From Phaeosaccion multiseriatum (taxonomy: Eukaryota > Protista > Ochrophyta, other classes), in contig OZ218961.1 in the NCBI GenBank assembly GCA_965112735.1, forward strand, positions 2,914,001 through 2,978,000: 64,000 bases of DNA, written 5' to 3'. Positions 26,704 to 39,445 of the stretch are shown here, in pieces. Position 1 is the first letter of the stretch. Each line of letters opens with the position of its first letter. Both the position numbers and the translations under genes were made by a program. The notes beneath the pieces are model-generated. The model searched no databases. It saw only the letters and a list, made by a program, of their open reading frames with translations, and was not told the origin of the DNA.

Positions 26704-26951
26704 AGGTGTGAAGGTCAAGGCCGGCAGGACTACGACTGTGGCTCTACTCAAGTGGCTTAGGCTCACCCTCCCTCGATTGGCAAATACTGAATCAACCTGA
26801 AGGCGACTCGTTGCGCGTTGGTTCAAAAGGATGAGCCGAGCGAGAGCGAACATGAACATTTAAATTTAAATTCGATTCAGCGACTCACAAATGGCTTTGC
26901 ATGTTGGTCCTCCTTCCTTGCTTGCTCGCCTCACACTCGCTCTCTTTCCCC

Positions 26952-27516
26952 ATGGCTTTCTTGGTATGCGCCAAGCAGTGCTTCTTCTTAGCGTCAGCGC
27001 TGCTCTTGCTGTGTCATGTTTGCTCTTCGTTTGTGATGCCGGCTTTCATCCAGAGTGGGCCAAAGAGGAGTCAGAATAGCATTGACAGTGGCAGGAGGAG
27101 TAGTAGCAGCAGATGTGAAGGGGAGCGGCAATGGAACACACAAAGAAGACGCCCACGGTGTGTACTTCAGGCTAGAATGGATAGAGGGGAAGCCGAGCTG
27201 CAAGACATTCCCGACGTGCTAAAAACTCAGGTATCAGTGTGTTTGGGAGACTTGGTGCAATTAGAAATCCCCCTCACTCGTTGGCGTCTTACGCCCCCCA
27301 CCGTTGTTGTGGCAGGCGATATTCCTACGCGAAGATGAGACAGGGGACACCATTGAGTGCCGGCCACAGCAGATTGCGTCCATCCAGGGCAAAAAGTACC
27401 TCATTGCCGTTCCGAAGGATGTGGCCGTGGCCATCGCCATGGTAGCGGTGAGTTCCTATCACCTCAATACCTACAACTCTCTCCCTCCTCTCTCTCTTTA
27501 TTTTGTTCTCCCGTTC

Positions 27517-27587
<71 letters not shown>

Positions 27588-29334
27588 GTCTCCCTCTCGC
27601 TTTCTCTCGTAGTGGAGTGTTTGCATTTTCTGTCTCCTACTGCTCTGGCTGCTGTCGCTCTTCCGACCGCTTCGTCTGATTTGTCTGTCGGCGGCACTCA
27701 GTCGTACTTCTCGCACGTGCAGCGGCAAGCGCTTAATCCCCACCACTATTGCACTCTCTTTGCACTGCACTGTTTGCACGTACGGCATGCGATCTCCTCT
27801 CTCTCGCTTGTGCAGGACGAGGACTACATTCCAGTGCCTCCAGACGATGAGCTGATGGGCTATCTGTTCCCGCTCGTAGCGGACGACTGCAAGGAGGCTG
27901 GGCTCACGCTCAAAAGAACGCCCGCTTGCCTTACTCTAGAGGTGAGAGAGCGAGAGAGAGACACACACACACACGGAGAGAGAGAGAGAGAGAGTCACAG
28001 CGGCCACTCCGGCCATCTCACTCTGACGTATGACGCCCTAGACTGAGCCCTGCCTGGCTATGTAGCTTGACTCTGGCTCCTCCTTCCCCTCCTCCTCCTC
28101 CTCCTCCTCCTCCTCCTCCTCCTCCTCCTCCTCCTCCTCCTCCTCCTCCTCCTCCTCCTCCTCCTCCTCCTCCTCCTCCTCCTCCTCCTCCTCCTCCTCC
28201 TCCTCCTCCTCCTCCTCCTCCTCCTCCTCCTCCTCCTCCTCCTCCTCCTCCTCCTCCTCCTCCTCCTCCTCCTCTCCTCCTCCTCCTCCTCCTCCTCCTC
28301 CTCCTCCTCCTTCTCCTCCTCCCCCTCCTCCTCCTCCCCCCGTCTTCGTGAACACTGGCAGGGCCTTCCGGAGGACCACCCCGAAGAGGATGTAGAGGAC
28401 GTGGACGAAGACGAGGAGGGAGAAGAAGTGAGCCTCATTGCACAGTTCGCCCTCGAGGACGATGAGGTAAATAAAGCAGTTGGTGATACAGGAGATGGAG
28501 GCCTTGTGGAGTGTTGGGAGAGAGAGGAAGAGGCAGGGGGAGGAGGAGGGTGTGTAATGCCGAGCTTCGAGCTCCGTTCCTGCCCCGTTCTTTTCACATT
28601 TCATCTCCCCCCTCCTGTCCCTCTCCCTCTCCGCCCCCTCTCTCCTCATCATCATCATTGATCTTCTCCATCGCCCCCTGCCCCCCCCCTCCCCCCCGTT
28701 GGGTGCAACAAGGTGGCATTGGTGAAGTACCTGACACCACGCATGCTGCTCTGTGAAGGGCCGGTGAAGGGAGAGGAGAACGTGTATAGACTACTCGGGC
28801 CCGAGGAGGAGATGGACGTGATGATGGAGGTAAGAGGGGTGGGGGGTGGGGTGGGCGGAGGGAGGGAGGGAGGGGGGGGGAGGGAAGCATCGATCTCAGA
28901 GTACTGGCCCGGCGAGTTGAGGGAGGGAGGAACGGACGAACGGACGGAGGGAGGCAGAGAGGGGGGGAGGGAGAGAGGGAGGGAGGGACGGAGGGAGGGA
29001 GGGAGGGAAGGAGGGAGGGACGGAGGGGGGGAGGGAGGGAAGGAGGGACGGAAGGAAGGAAGGAGGGAGGGAGGGAGGGAGGGCGAGAGGGTAGGAGGGA
29101 GGGCGAGAAGCATCGGTCACAGATTCTTGGCCCGGCGGGTTAAGAGATGTCATCTCAAGTCTCTCTAAGAGATACCTTCTCACCTCTCTCCTTTTGTTCT
29201 GCTTGGCGTCTTGTTTTTTTTGCTTTCGTGCGTGTGCGCGCCACCCACCCCCCCACCCCCACATTCGGTGCTTTTAGGTGGAGACAATAATGGACCAGCG
29301 ATTTGAGGAGATGGGAGAGGAGCTAAAGACTTGA
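26952..29334 (+). CDS. Plastid-targeted DUF3727-like protein (cyanobacterial family)
   Basis: Exons 26952-27230, 27316-27447, 27816-27941, 28362-28466, 28713-28829, 29278-29334. Signal peptide ends CSS-FV (ASAF-like) and is followed by a Ser/Arg-rich transit region. Mature part contains LREDETGDTIEC, YLIAVPKD, LTLKRTPACLTLEG and an acidic linker. Confidence 0.75.
28090..28335. repeat. (CCT)n microsatellite, intronic
   Basis: About 60 perfect CCT units followed by degenerate copies, just upstream of the 28362 acceptor. Confidence 0.95.
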
Positions 29335-30241
29335 GCGTGAGAGTGAGGAAAGTACAGGGAAAGAGAAAGAGGCAGCGGGCTGGGGTTCAAGAAAGCGCTG
29401 GTTTCTCCTTTTGTTCTCCGCTGCTGCTCTCGCTCTTTCTTTCTCTGGGCCCCAAGGAATGAAAGTTGTGGCCTGCCCAAGGGGTAATAGTTAGTACCCC
29501 TTAGACGAGGGGGCGGGCGGGGGGGGGTTTGGGGGGTCTTTATTGACTTAATGGGTTTGGGGGGGAACTTTATTGACTTAATAGGAATCACCTAAGAAAC
29601 TGAAAGTGTGATTGGGGGGGGGGGAATTCAACAGATGGCAGCAGTGTATATATAGTGTCCGCGGGGGCTTTACCCCACGGGCTTTTCTTCGGGCGGAGGA
29701 TCATGGAATCACGGTTTTTAGCTTGCAAATGTAATATAGAATGCAAGACATCTCCACCTGATGTGCATCCGAAACTGCTACAGAAGGCGACGACTATCTC
29801 CACCAGGTATCTTATCAGTAGGGCCATGGTGGGAGAGGCAAAGTATCTTTCGCAAACCTTCAGATTGATTTGAAGGACGCAGCGTAGCCAACGAAGAAGG
29901 ATCGCCCCGGGTAAGGAGAGGAGATAGACTAAAGCCGAGGTTGGGATAGAGAGGAGTGGTGGGGTAGAGAGGTGGGAGGTAGCTACGGGGAGAAGTTGGG
30001 AAGGAAGCGCACTTGGAAGACTTGGGAAGATATGGTAGAGGGTAGAATCGTAGATATACCGCCACAGGCACGCGCACACACAAACACAGACACGCCCAAC
30101 AGCGTGATTATCAAATCATCCGCCCTCCCTCCTCCCCCCCCCCGCCCCGCCTGTTCCGCTCTTCCCCGATTCGTTCTCTCGTCGCACCACTACCACTACA
30201 CGCGCAACATCTGCACAGGGAGGCTACAAAGGGAAGTGAAC

Positions 30242-31321
30242 ATGAGCAACGCGGAGAAGACCACCAAGGCGGAGACCATCGACATTATCATCATAGGCAT
30301 TATGGGAGTTGCTCTGGGCCAAGCTGGTTATTTGCGGAAAGTAACAGATTCAGAAGCGCTGCGCAACCCTACTATCGGGGGCAAGAACGACACAGCCCTT
30401 CGTTTGATTCCCCCGCTGGATGCCTTAAACATAATACGTGGCATGCCTCTTTGGGTGGCCCTTGGTTGCATCACCCTTGGTGGGATGGTTGCGCTCGTGT
30501 GGCGTGTGTCTAAAGGAAGTTACTCGGACAGCACGGCGGTGGCAGTGCTGGTTCTTGCGAGTCTTGCACCACTGGCGCTGCAACTCCCAACGGGACTGAC
30601 ATACATCTTGAATCGCTGGTGGTTTGTCTCTCGACACGTACAGCAGCGTAGGGTTCCAGCAGTGCAGAGTTCCAATGACCATGTGAGCCATGAGGATCAG
30701 GATCCATGTCGCAGCAAGGGCGTATGTCTGTTTCTGCTCAATACGTTGTTCCTGCTTCAAAACGGTGATGTGGTCCAGGGAGCACTTACAATGGGGGCTG
30801 GGTTGTGCGAGGCAATGTCGTACAACGCATCGCGGGTATGGATCACACCCAGCATCACACCACGAGAAAGATTCGAGGCCCTCATAGTCTTACTCCTCGT
30901 TGATGTTTGTCTTGGAGTTCCTGGTCTTTTGATTATGGCAGTGTTCGCGCTCGCTGAAGTCGTTGAACTGTTTGTTCCAAGTGTAGCGATAAGCCTCGCA
31001 TTCAACAGTATGGCAGATCCAAATGCTGAGCGGTCACTACACACACTTGAACGCCGGTTACAGCCACGAGATGATGATGCGGGGAATGCCAGATGGCTGT
31101 CCAGATGGCTGTATCTGGCGAATGAACCCCCTCTGATGATGATACAGGCACCATATGCCTGTGTCCCCAGGGGCCCTAGTGAGCGTCAACCCATAATCAA
31201 TGGCTGGGATGGCCCGCCTTGCTGTGGGTGTACTTTGTCGCACGGTGAAGACATCAGGTCGTTCGGCGGCTACGGAGGGGGCGAGAAGCTTTTTCTTAAG
31301 CAAGAAGAAAGAATAAAATGA
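30242..31321 (+). CDS. Orphan multi-pass membrane protein (single long ORF)
   Basis: Open frame 29972-31321. Several hydrophobic helices follow the ATG at 30242. No recognisable family. Confidence 0.5.
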   Translation: MSNAEKTTKAETIDIIIIGIMGVALGQAGYLRKVTDSEALRNPTIGGKNDTALRLIPPLDALNIIRGMPLWVALGCITLGGMVALVWRVSKGSYSDSTAVAVLVLASLAPLALQLPTGLTYILNRWWFVSRHVQQRRVPAVQSSNDHVSHEDQDPCRSKGVCLFLLNTLFLLQNGDVVQGALTMGAGLCEAMSYNASRVWITPSITPRERFEALIVLLLVDVCLGVPGLLIMAVFALAEVVELFVPSVAISLAFNSMADPNAERSLHTLERRLQPRDDDAGNARWLSRWLYLANEPPLMMIQAPYACVPRGPSERQPIINGWDGPPCCGCTLSHGEDIRSFGGYGGGEKLFLKQEERIK

Positions 31322-31486
31322 ATGACTAAAACCCTTACCCCTATGAGAGTGAATGAGAGTGAAACACACGCGTGAATGAAGCAAGTCAATAAAATACGCA
31401 AGAACACAAGCAGGTGCTTGACACACAAAGAACACAAGCGCGTCAGTGAATGATGGCGAACGCAGGTGAATGAATAATAGCGAAAG

Positions 31487-31830
31487 CTACAAAGATGGCA
31501 TGACAATGCCCCAGCGCTGCACCACACTGCCACTGGAAACTCCGTCTTTGTCGGTCTCCACCTTGACCAGTTCCATCTCCTCATTGGAATTGATCCGCGT
31601 CATGTATCCAATTTTTGTCACCTCACAGGTCTCTGTGTCTTGAAAGTCCTGACCCATGTTGGAAGAGTACGGAGAGACAACAAGGGATCCACCCATCAAC
31701 TCCCAGTAGCTGTCATCACTGAAACTCGTGCTCCCGTGCAGCGATTGGACACCGTTGGAGTCGCCAAAGCGCCACTTGAGCGACTTCTCGTAGAAGGCTT
31801 CCTTGCTGCCCGATGCATGATTAATCTTGA
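31487..31830 (-). CDS. Hypothetical exon / short orphan ORF
   Basis: About 115 codons of non-repetitive, protein-like composition, preceded by a C-rich tract and AG. No homology recognised. Confidence 0.3.
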
Positions 31831-32000
31831 GGATGAACGTCGGGGGGGGGGGGGGGTGGCATTGACCCGAGCAAGCGAGCCGAGCGCCAGCCTCGCCTAC
31901 TTCCTGCTGCTGTATCACCAACTGCTGTGCTCCTCCTGCTCCTGCTGTGGCTGCTCCTGGTGCTCCTGCTCCTGGTGCTGCATCATTTCACCAACTGCTG

Positions 32001-33184
32001 CTATTCCTCAAAGCCCTCTACGCCGAAGTGCAGTGGCTCACACGCCAGAGTGTCGAGATCCAGCAGTGCCGCTGTCCCCGATGTGGCGAAGGGCGGTAGG
32101 CACACGAGGCGGCAGCGGTGCTCACTGTCACTGCTAATGATCTCCTTGGTGGCAAACTCGGGCTGATTCCCCGCAAAGTACACGTGGGGGCATTCCTGAG
32201 GGAAAGAGGGGGACATATACGGGAGGCAGTGGGGGAAGGGAAGGGAGAAAGGATGGATGGAAGCATATGGAGAGGAGGGGGTAAGGCACGGCAAGAGGGG
32301 GGTTTGATATGATCGCCTTCTGATGCGGTGCCGTGTTGTTGAGCTCTTTCCCCGCCGCTCCCTTCCTCTCTGTCTGCTCTTGGTTGCCAGTCTCTTGTTT
32401 CTGCTTCAGTATCAGACTTCTTTTGACCTCATTTCGTGTGTATGGTCTACATCCACTCACCTCGATCACAAATGGGTCCATGTCCTCAAACGGGTAGCAG
32501 CCCAGTGTGTCCGGAGCTGTAGGAGCCATATGTCGAGTGGTCAGAGTGCTCTCCAGCTGCCTCAGACACCACGGCTCGACCTCTCCTTCTCCTCCTCCTC
32601 CTGCCTCCCCCAGTTCGCCCTGCTTGCTCCCCTCGCCCCTCGAGTCCACTTCCATTGCACCATCCTTCCCCTCTTTCCCCTCCTCTTGGCTTCCTTTGCT
32701 CTCCTTCTTCTTCCTCCTCAGGGGGTCTCGAGTGTACTTGCGGAGGTCTTCCAAAGGCTGCAATGCAATGCAGTGCAATGCAATACACAAGACAGGAGGG
32801 CGAGTTAGTCATGAACAGCGCATGGAAGAGACAGCATTGAATTTCAGTGAGGCTGTCCAACTGCCGAATGGCCAACTGCCGAATGACGAACTACCGAACC
32901 ACCAACTACCGAACGACCAACTACCGAATGACCTTGTCGTTTGGTGAATGCAATACTGTAATACGCAATGTGTGTGTGTGCGCGCGGGTATTTCAGTGAG
33001 GATCACCAATTGCCGAATGACCAAGCAACGAATGACCAAGTACCGAATAACCAAGTACCGAATGACCAAGTACCGAACGACCAACTAACGAATGACCAAG
33101 TACCGAATGACGGCGAATGCAATACTGTAATACGCAATGTGTGTGTGTGCGCGGGTATGCGTGTGTGTGTGTGTGTGTGTGTGC

Positions 33185-33219
<35 letters not shown>

Positions 33220-33347
33220 TATGTGTTTGCGTGTGTGTGTGTGGGCGACGAATCTGAAGCCTCTCACCTGGCCGGAGGAGCCCAGGAAGAGTCGCCCTCC
33301 GACGACGGCCTCGTGAGGATTGCTCACTCTATTGCCTGGATCCCAAT

Positions 33348-33403
<56 letters not shown>

Positions 33404-34270
33404 AGCATCCACGAGGCACACGTGAGGGGCGAGAAAGAGAGAGGGGAGAGAGTGAAGAGGGAGGGGGGAGAGACATGGAGGAAAGAGAGGGTGGAGAGGG
33501 GGAAGGGAGAGAGGAGAGGGAGAGAAGGTGGAGAGAGAGAGTGGGGAGGGAGAGAGGGGAAAGCGCGGTGAAGAACAGCGGGGCGCCTCCCAAGTGTAAG
33601 GTTGACGGGGACGAACGAGCAAAAGTTCAACAGCTACAGAGCAATAGAGTTAACTAAAAGAGAGTTTGGATGCAAAGGCACCGCATGTGCCCCCCACTCT
33701 GCCTTCCTTCCCTCCTTTCTTCCCTCCTTCCTTCCCTCCGTTCTTCCCTCCTTGCTTCCTTCCTTGCTGCCTCCTTTCTTCCTTGCTCCCCTCTTTCTCT
33801 TTCCCTCTCTCCCTCTCTCCCTCCCTCCCTCCCTCCCTCCCTCCCTCCCTCCCTCCGTCCGTCCGTCCCTCCGTCCGTCCCTCCCCCCCTCCCTCCCCTA
33901 GGCGAGCTCACATGTGCCAAACTGCACCGAAGTTGGCACGGTGCATAGATGGAGCGGCTGCTGAGGGAGGGTGTAATTGGCGGGGTCCAAAGCACCAGGC
34001 ATAACGTCCACCGGCACAGAGGCGCACAGCAAGGACAGGAAGGAATCGAACTCGCGAAGGGGGGCCGCTGCCGCCATCTGCTTCTGGGCATCCACCGGCC
34101 CTCGCCTGCATCAAGCGGCGGGAGGATCGAGATTTGAGTGAGGGGAGAGGAAAGAGAAGGAAAGGGAAAACACGCCACACCCCTCGCGACGACAAAGTAG
34201 GGACCGTGGTAGCGAGGAACTCTTGCGTGCTCTTACGTAACTTTGCCACGAAGGATGGGCAGGCAAGGCA

Positions 34271-34307
<37 letters not shown>

Positions 34308-36458
34308 CGTCGCAAAACCATCACCATTGTGATCGACGAGCGACAAAACACGCGCGACGTACCTGCTGGAAATGATTGCATCTGCCGGCACAACGCTGTT
34401 GCCGCAAATGATGACTCGAGAGATCCTCGCAGCCACGCCCGCTTGGTCCTGGGCCCGAGAGAGGGGGGTAGAGTAGAGGCATATGGGCAGACAGAGACAC
34501 GTAGGCAGAGTTGAGGTATACGGGAAGGGTAGAGAAGAGCAGAAGGCATGCTTTTGTTGAGGCGCAGGAAATCTCTTGTGCTCGCCTACCTTGCCGACCT
34601 TGTCTACCTCTTGTACCTTCCTCCCCCCCAGGTCTTCTCTCCCCTCTCTCCTACCTCCTCTCCCCCCTCCCCCCTCCCCTCTCTCTTCTCCTCTCCCCTC
34701 TCCCCTCTTCCCCATCCCTTCTCTCTTCTCCGCTCCCCTCTCCTCTTCCCCCCTTCCTTGCTCACCTCCCTGCCCCCTCTCCCCTCTTCTCCCTCCCTTC
34801 TCTCTCCCCCCCCCCCTCCCCCCGCTCCTCTACCCCCCCTTCCTTTTGCTTACCTCCTTACCCCCCAGGTAGCCGACAACGTAGTCCACAAGCATCTCGC
34901 TCAGCATCGGATTCGTCGGCCCCCCACACATGAGCCCAGAGACCAAGAGCACCAGCTTGGCAGCCCCCCCCTGACCGCTGCTGCCGCCGCCACTGCTGGT
35001 GCTGTCGGAAGGGGTGTTGGTACCCTTGAGAAGGCGAGGTGCGATGGTGGGTGCGGGGGGTAGGCCCGCATCACACCACGCCTCCACCTCGAATTGCCCC
35101 TCCTCGTTCAACGTGCCCATGACGGCCAGCGCCACCCCTGCAGGAGGGAAGAGGAAAGAGGGGCAAGCGTACGTAAACGGGGAAAGAGAGAGGGGCACAT
35201 ATGTGCAGGAGGAGGAGGGAAGAGGGGCAAAGGTACGTGGAGAAAGAGAAAGGGGTGCAGGTGCGTACAAAGCAGGAGTGAAGGGGAGGGGAAGAGTCGG
35301 GACAAGTCGGCGAAAGAGAAAAACGAGAGGCGAGTGAACGAAATAGCGGTATCAGAGTGGCATCGAAGGATGGCAAAGACTGTTGTGCTTCTTCTTCTTC
35401 TTCTTCTCCTTCTTCTTGGCCCCGGCTGCGGTGCATGACTGTGGCCCTATGTCCCATGTCCACCCTCCGCAGCATCGCAACCACGAGGGTGTTGCCAACA
35501 TACCGAAGTTTCAGTGTCAATGGGGTGCACGCGACCCTTTGTGGCTCACCTGCGCTGATGGCGGTCGCGTCAATCTCTCCCGTGAGTGTGAGCCTGCCGC
35601 TGCTGTCCTCCAGAGTCAACAAGTCATCTTCGCTGCTGAAATTTCCCTGCGGCACGAGCACCGCCTATATATACATACATGATGGCGACGAGAGAGCGTC
35701 GAAGAGCGGGAGAGGAAGGAGCCAACGAGGTAAAGAGAGGAGAAGAAGGGGTGTTAGAAGGGAGGCATGAAATAGGGCCCAGAGCAGCCCGCATCAATCA
35801 TCAGCCGCACACACGCATGGTTTTGAGGGGAGTCTGCACAGCGCTACTTACCTTGCACAGCCCTCTCTCCGTCTTGTACTCCTCTAAGATACTGGGCTTG
35901 AGCTTCATCGTCTGAGGACAGGCGATCGGCAGACGGACGCACACACGCCAGTGGAGCAACGTTCAGCTCGTAGATAAGGAGGCAACATGTAACAAAAAGC
36001 CCGGCGCCAGCCAACAGGGGCCACCACAGAGCTCCTACCGCACGCACCTTGTACGTGGTGCCGACGACGACTCTCTTCTCGCCGTCTCTCATCTGAACGA
36101 GCTGAGCGCACAACGGCACGTCCGGCCTAACAGGGGGGAGGAGGCGTGTGATACGCAGAGGGGAGTGTGAGAGACTAGGACAGGATAGCTTCGGCCCACC
36201 TTCAATAACTTACCACATCTTTTGGGCCCTTTGTTCCAGGGGCGCTTGCAATGCGGCGATCCTCTGGTTGTATATGTGGCTGAACTGTTGTGTGAACTTC
36301 TTCTTCTTGAGAATGAACCTCCCGCTCCTCGCCTGGTAGCCGTCCGTCCCGTCTATTCTCTCCAGCCTTCCCTCAGCCTCCGCCCCGTCCGCGACAGGCT
36401 GCAGCTGCCCTGGCGCGGGAGCAACCATCAGCTCCTGCTCTTCCATGCCGTCTCCCAT
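32001..36458 (-). CDS. POLD2: DNA polymerase delta small subunit, multi-exon
   Basis: Exon peptides [134 protein letters not shown]. Confidence 0.95.
32856..33150. repeat. Intronic 15-bp minisatellite (GACCAA[C/G]TACCGAAT) in two blocks
   Basis: About 5 and about 7 copies, each block followed by GAATGCAATACTGTAATACGCAATGTGTG. Lies within a POLD2 intron. Confidence 0.85.
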
Positions 36459-36691
36459 TTCTCCCCCCCTTCCCAACACGTGGATAGGGCTATTCTGAAC
36501 CTCTCTTCCCCTCCTCAGCTGTCCTTGACTCTCTTGCCTGGCTGGTGTATTGCGCTGCTGGAGTCATAGTAGATTTAAAATCGTTGTCTGAAGTCAACAA
36601 ACGATGGCACTCGACAGCCTCATCTCGTCGCCTCGATTCGCTGTTTTAACGAATTAACACCCTTCAATTTTCCTCAGAGAGAGCAGCCTCG

Positions 36692-37979
36692 ATGGTGGAC
36701 TACTCCAAGTTCGACAAGATTGACGTGTCCGACGATGAGGAGGAGAGGGCAACAGAGAAAGTCCCGCAGCAGGCCCAGGAGATGCCGATGAAGCAGGACT
36801 TTGGGGGGCCAAAAGTGATCAAGCGGGCGGAGGAGGGGTCCGAGAAGGGGCGAATCAAGTTTGTCCACGGAGGTGAGTGGCGCAAAGCCCGTTGGAGAGA
36901 GGTGCATCACCCAAAGTCAACGAGCTGTACTGCTTTGAAAGAGGGTTGCCGCCTCAAAACTCTTGTTGTCCTGTCCCCGTTGTTTTGGATGTTTGTGACA
37001 CGCAGGGCAGACTGTGTACGAGTGGGAGCAGTCACTGGAGGAGGTGAACATCTTCGTCCGTCCTCCCCCCGGTATCACGTCCCCCATGGTGGAGTGCAAG
37101 ATCGAACACAAGCACCTCACCCTGGGCATTAAGGGGAACCCGCCCTTTCTCAACGAGGACTGTGGCGGACCCGTCAAGGTGAAGGAGAGCTTCTGGATGA
37201 TGGGTGAGTGAGGCATATCAATTGGACGCTCTCGCTTGCCTCCTCTCTATCTATGTTTCTATCTATCTTCCTGTTAAGTCAATAAATGTACCCACTTACG
37301 GCTTGTGCCCCACCCTACAGACGACAACGGGGAGATAAACATCAACTTGCAGAAGATGGAGAAGGGGGCCTTGTGGGACAGCGCGCTGCGAGGTCATGGA
37401 GGGAGTGCGGTGGACCCGGTGACAAAGGAGGATATGAAGAAGAGGATCATGCTCGAGAGGTTCCAAGAGGAGGTGAGATCTTATTGACTTGGAAGGAATC
37501 ACCCTATTATGCACACCCCAGTGTCATGTGGCTGCGGTCTTAGGAGTGTAACAAAGGAGGAGAGGAGAGGACCAGGCGCAGCGAGGAATGAAAAATCTTG
37601 CATCAGCAACCCCTCCCTTCCTTTGTTTGTAAATTAGACTGAACCTCCTGCACAACAATGTTGAACCTGACTGACGATAATTCAGCAACCTCCCGCCGCT
37701 CCCTTCGTGCCTCTAGCGGTAGCCTCCACCCCCCTCCATCCTAAATTCTCATCCCTCGGCCTTCCTCCCAACTACGGCAACCCTTCTCTCTCTCTCTCTC
37801 TCTGCACATCAAACAAATGCCCTCTCATCGTCTCCCTTCCTGTGGCTGCTGGCATCGCTGCTCCCCTCGCTTGCGCTGTATACCCTCCCCAGAACCCCGG
37901 CTTTGACTTTTCGGGGGCAGAGTTCAACGGGGCCGTGCCAGACGCACAGAGCTTCATGGGCGGCGTCAAGTACACATGA
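36692..37979 (+). CDS. NUDCD2: NudC domain-containing protein 2 (CS/p23-like Hsp90 co-chaperone)
   Basis: Exons 36692-36872, 37006-37203, 37321-37472, 37893-37979. Motifs YEWEQSLEEVNI and the diagnostic IMLERFQEENPGFDFSGAEF. Confidence 0.9.
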
Positions 37980-39024
37980 AACACACTAGTAGGAGGCATA
38001 TGGGCATCTTGAGCGGACTTGACTGCAGAGCACCAACCGGGCACACACACACACACACGCGTCAAAAACACGTGAGCGAGCGAGCGAGCGAGTGCAAGCA
38101 GTGGGACTCCAAAGAGTGAGGGGTGTATCATGTGTCCATGGAGCGCGGTAATCTCACCCCAGGACGATGCCCTGTCAACCAGAGCTTGACCTCTACACCA
38201 CCATCATTGGATTCGTCCGGGTGAGGCGGGATGGGCCAAACGAGCGAGGGAGAGCGGACCCTTCAATTTCGATTGTTGCACACAGATGGGATTCAAAACC
38301 TTTGTTCGAGCGTGAAAGAGGCTGCCGTCGCTGCTGCCGTCACTGCTACTGCTGCCTGCTGCTGTTGCTGCTGCTACTGCTGCTGCTGCTCTGCTGTTGC
38401 TGCTCCTCTCCCGGCGTACGATGGTTATGAATGGCTCACTACGGGGCTATCCAACCCACGGGTCACTACGGGGCTATTCAATCTGCTGGTCTGTCTGTGG
38501 TGGGCCGGGCACACATGCAAAGAGATATTATTGAGTGTAGAGCCAGGAGAGAGGGAGTGAGTGAGTGAGTGAGAGAGAGGCCCTCCCTGCCTCCCCAACC
38601 CAGCGCCCCTGCCTCCTGCACGCTCCTCTGCAGCTTGGTAGAGGATGGGGAGACTGGAGAACATGTGGGTAGCATATGGGGAGGGTGGCTAGGTGGAGTG
38701 GCATGTCTGATGCACGTAGGGCGAGCAACACGGATGCGCTGCCCGGAGGCTTCTAGGGGAGGTGGGGGGGTGTGGAGTGGAGGGAGGGAGGGGCTGTGGA
38801 GGCCTGTATGTATGTGTACATGTGGGTCAGGGAGGGGGTTTGGACCGCCCAAAGCTCCCCCCCAAGCCCCTTGGTACGGCAGGAGAGCTCCCTTGGCGGC
38901 CCTTCATGGCCCTTGATGGCCCTTGATGGGAGCAGACGGGAGGGAGTATAAGGTTTGGCCCAAAATCATCAGCAGGTTGTTACTACTTTACCTTTCGGCT
39001 CTCTCACCACCCGTGGGTCAAAAG

Positions 39025-39058
<34 letters not shown>

Positions 39059-39102
39059 TTCCATTTATATGATTGGTCTACGCTCTCTCTGGGCGTGTTG
39101 TT

Positions 39103-39328
39103 ACTTTCTTCTAGCCTGTTACTCTGAGTTAGGTTGTTGTGGTTTTTCTTCTTGTGGCGGTCCTGATGAACATATCTTACCTCATGGTAGTGGCCTTGGC
39201 GCTACTGTTCTTTTGTTATAGCAACTACATGACCACCGAGGACACACCATGAGATAAGACATGTTCATCAGGACCGCCACAAAAAAAAACCCAACCTAAT
39301 AACTGAAGTAACAGACTAGAAGAAAAGT
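39103..39328 (-). ncRNA. Long imperfect hairpin, candidate pre-miRNA or foldback element
   Basis: 39152-39188 pairs with 39246-39282 (35/37) and 39103-39123 pairs with 39307-39328. These mismatches become G-U pairs on the minus strand. Confidence 0.45.
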
Positions 39329-39445
39329 GCAAATCATAAAAGCTCAAGTGGCGAAATTCAGACGCAGCGTCAAGAGCCCCAGGGCTCACCATCCACTGCC
39401 AACCCCTCGTCCACCCACTGCCATCCCCTACTGGTGTGCGAGTTG

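Noticed and set aside
32968-33657. ORF with DQVPN repeats
   Set aside because: Translation of an intronic minisatellite and microsatellites antisense to POLD2.
38167-38916. Short ORFs and a 26-bp tandem duplication (38437-38483)
   Set aside because: No supportable gene model. The duplication looks like ordinary local slippage.
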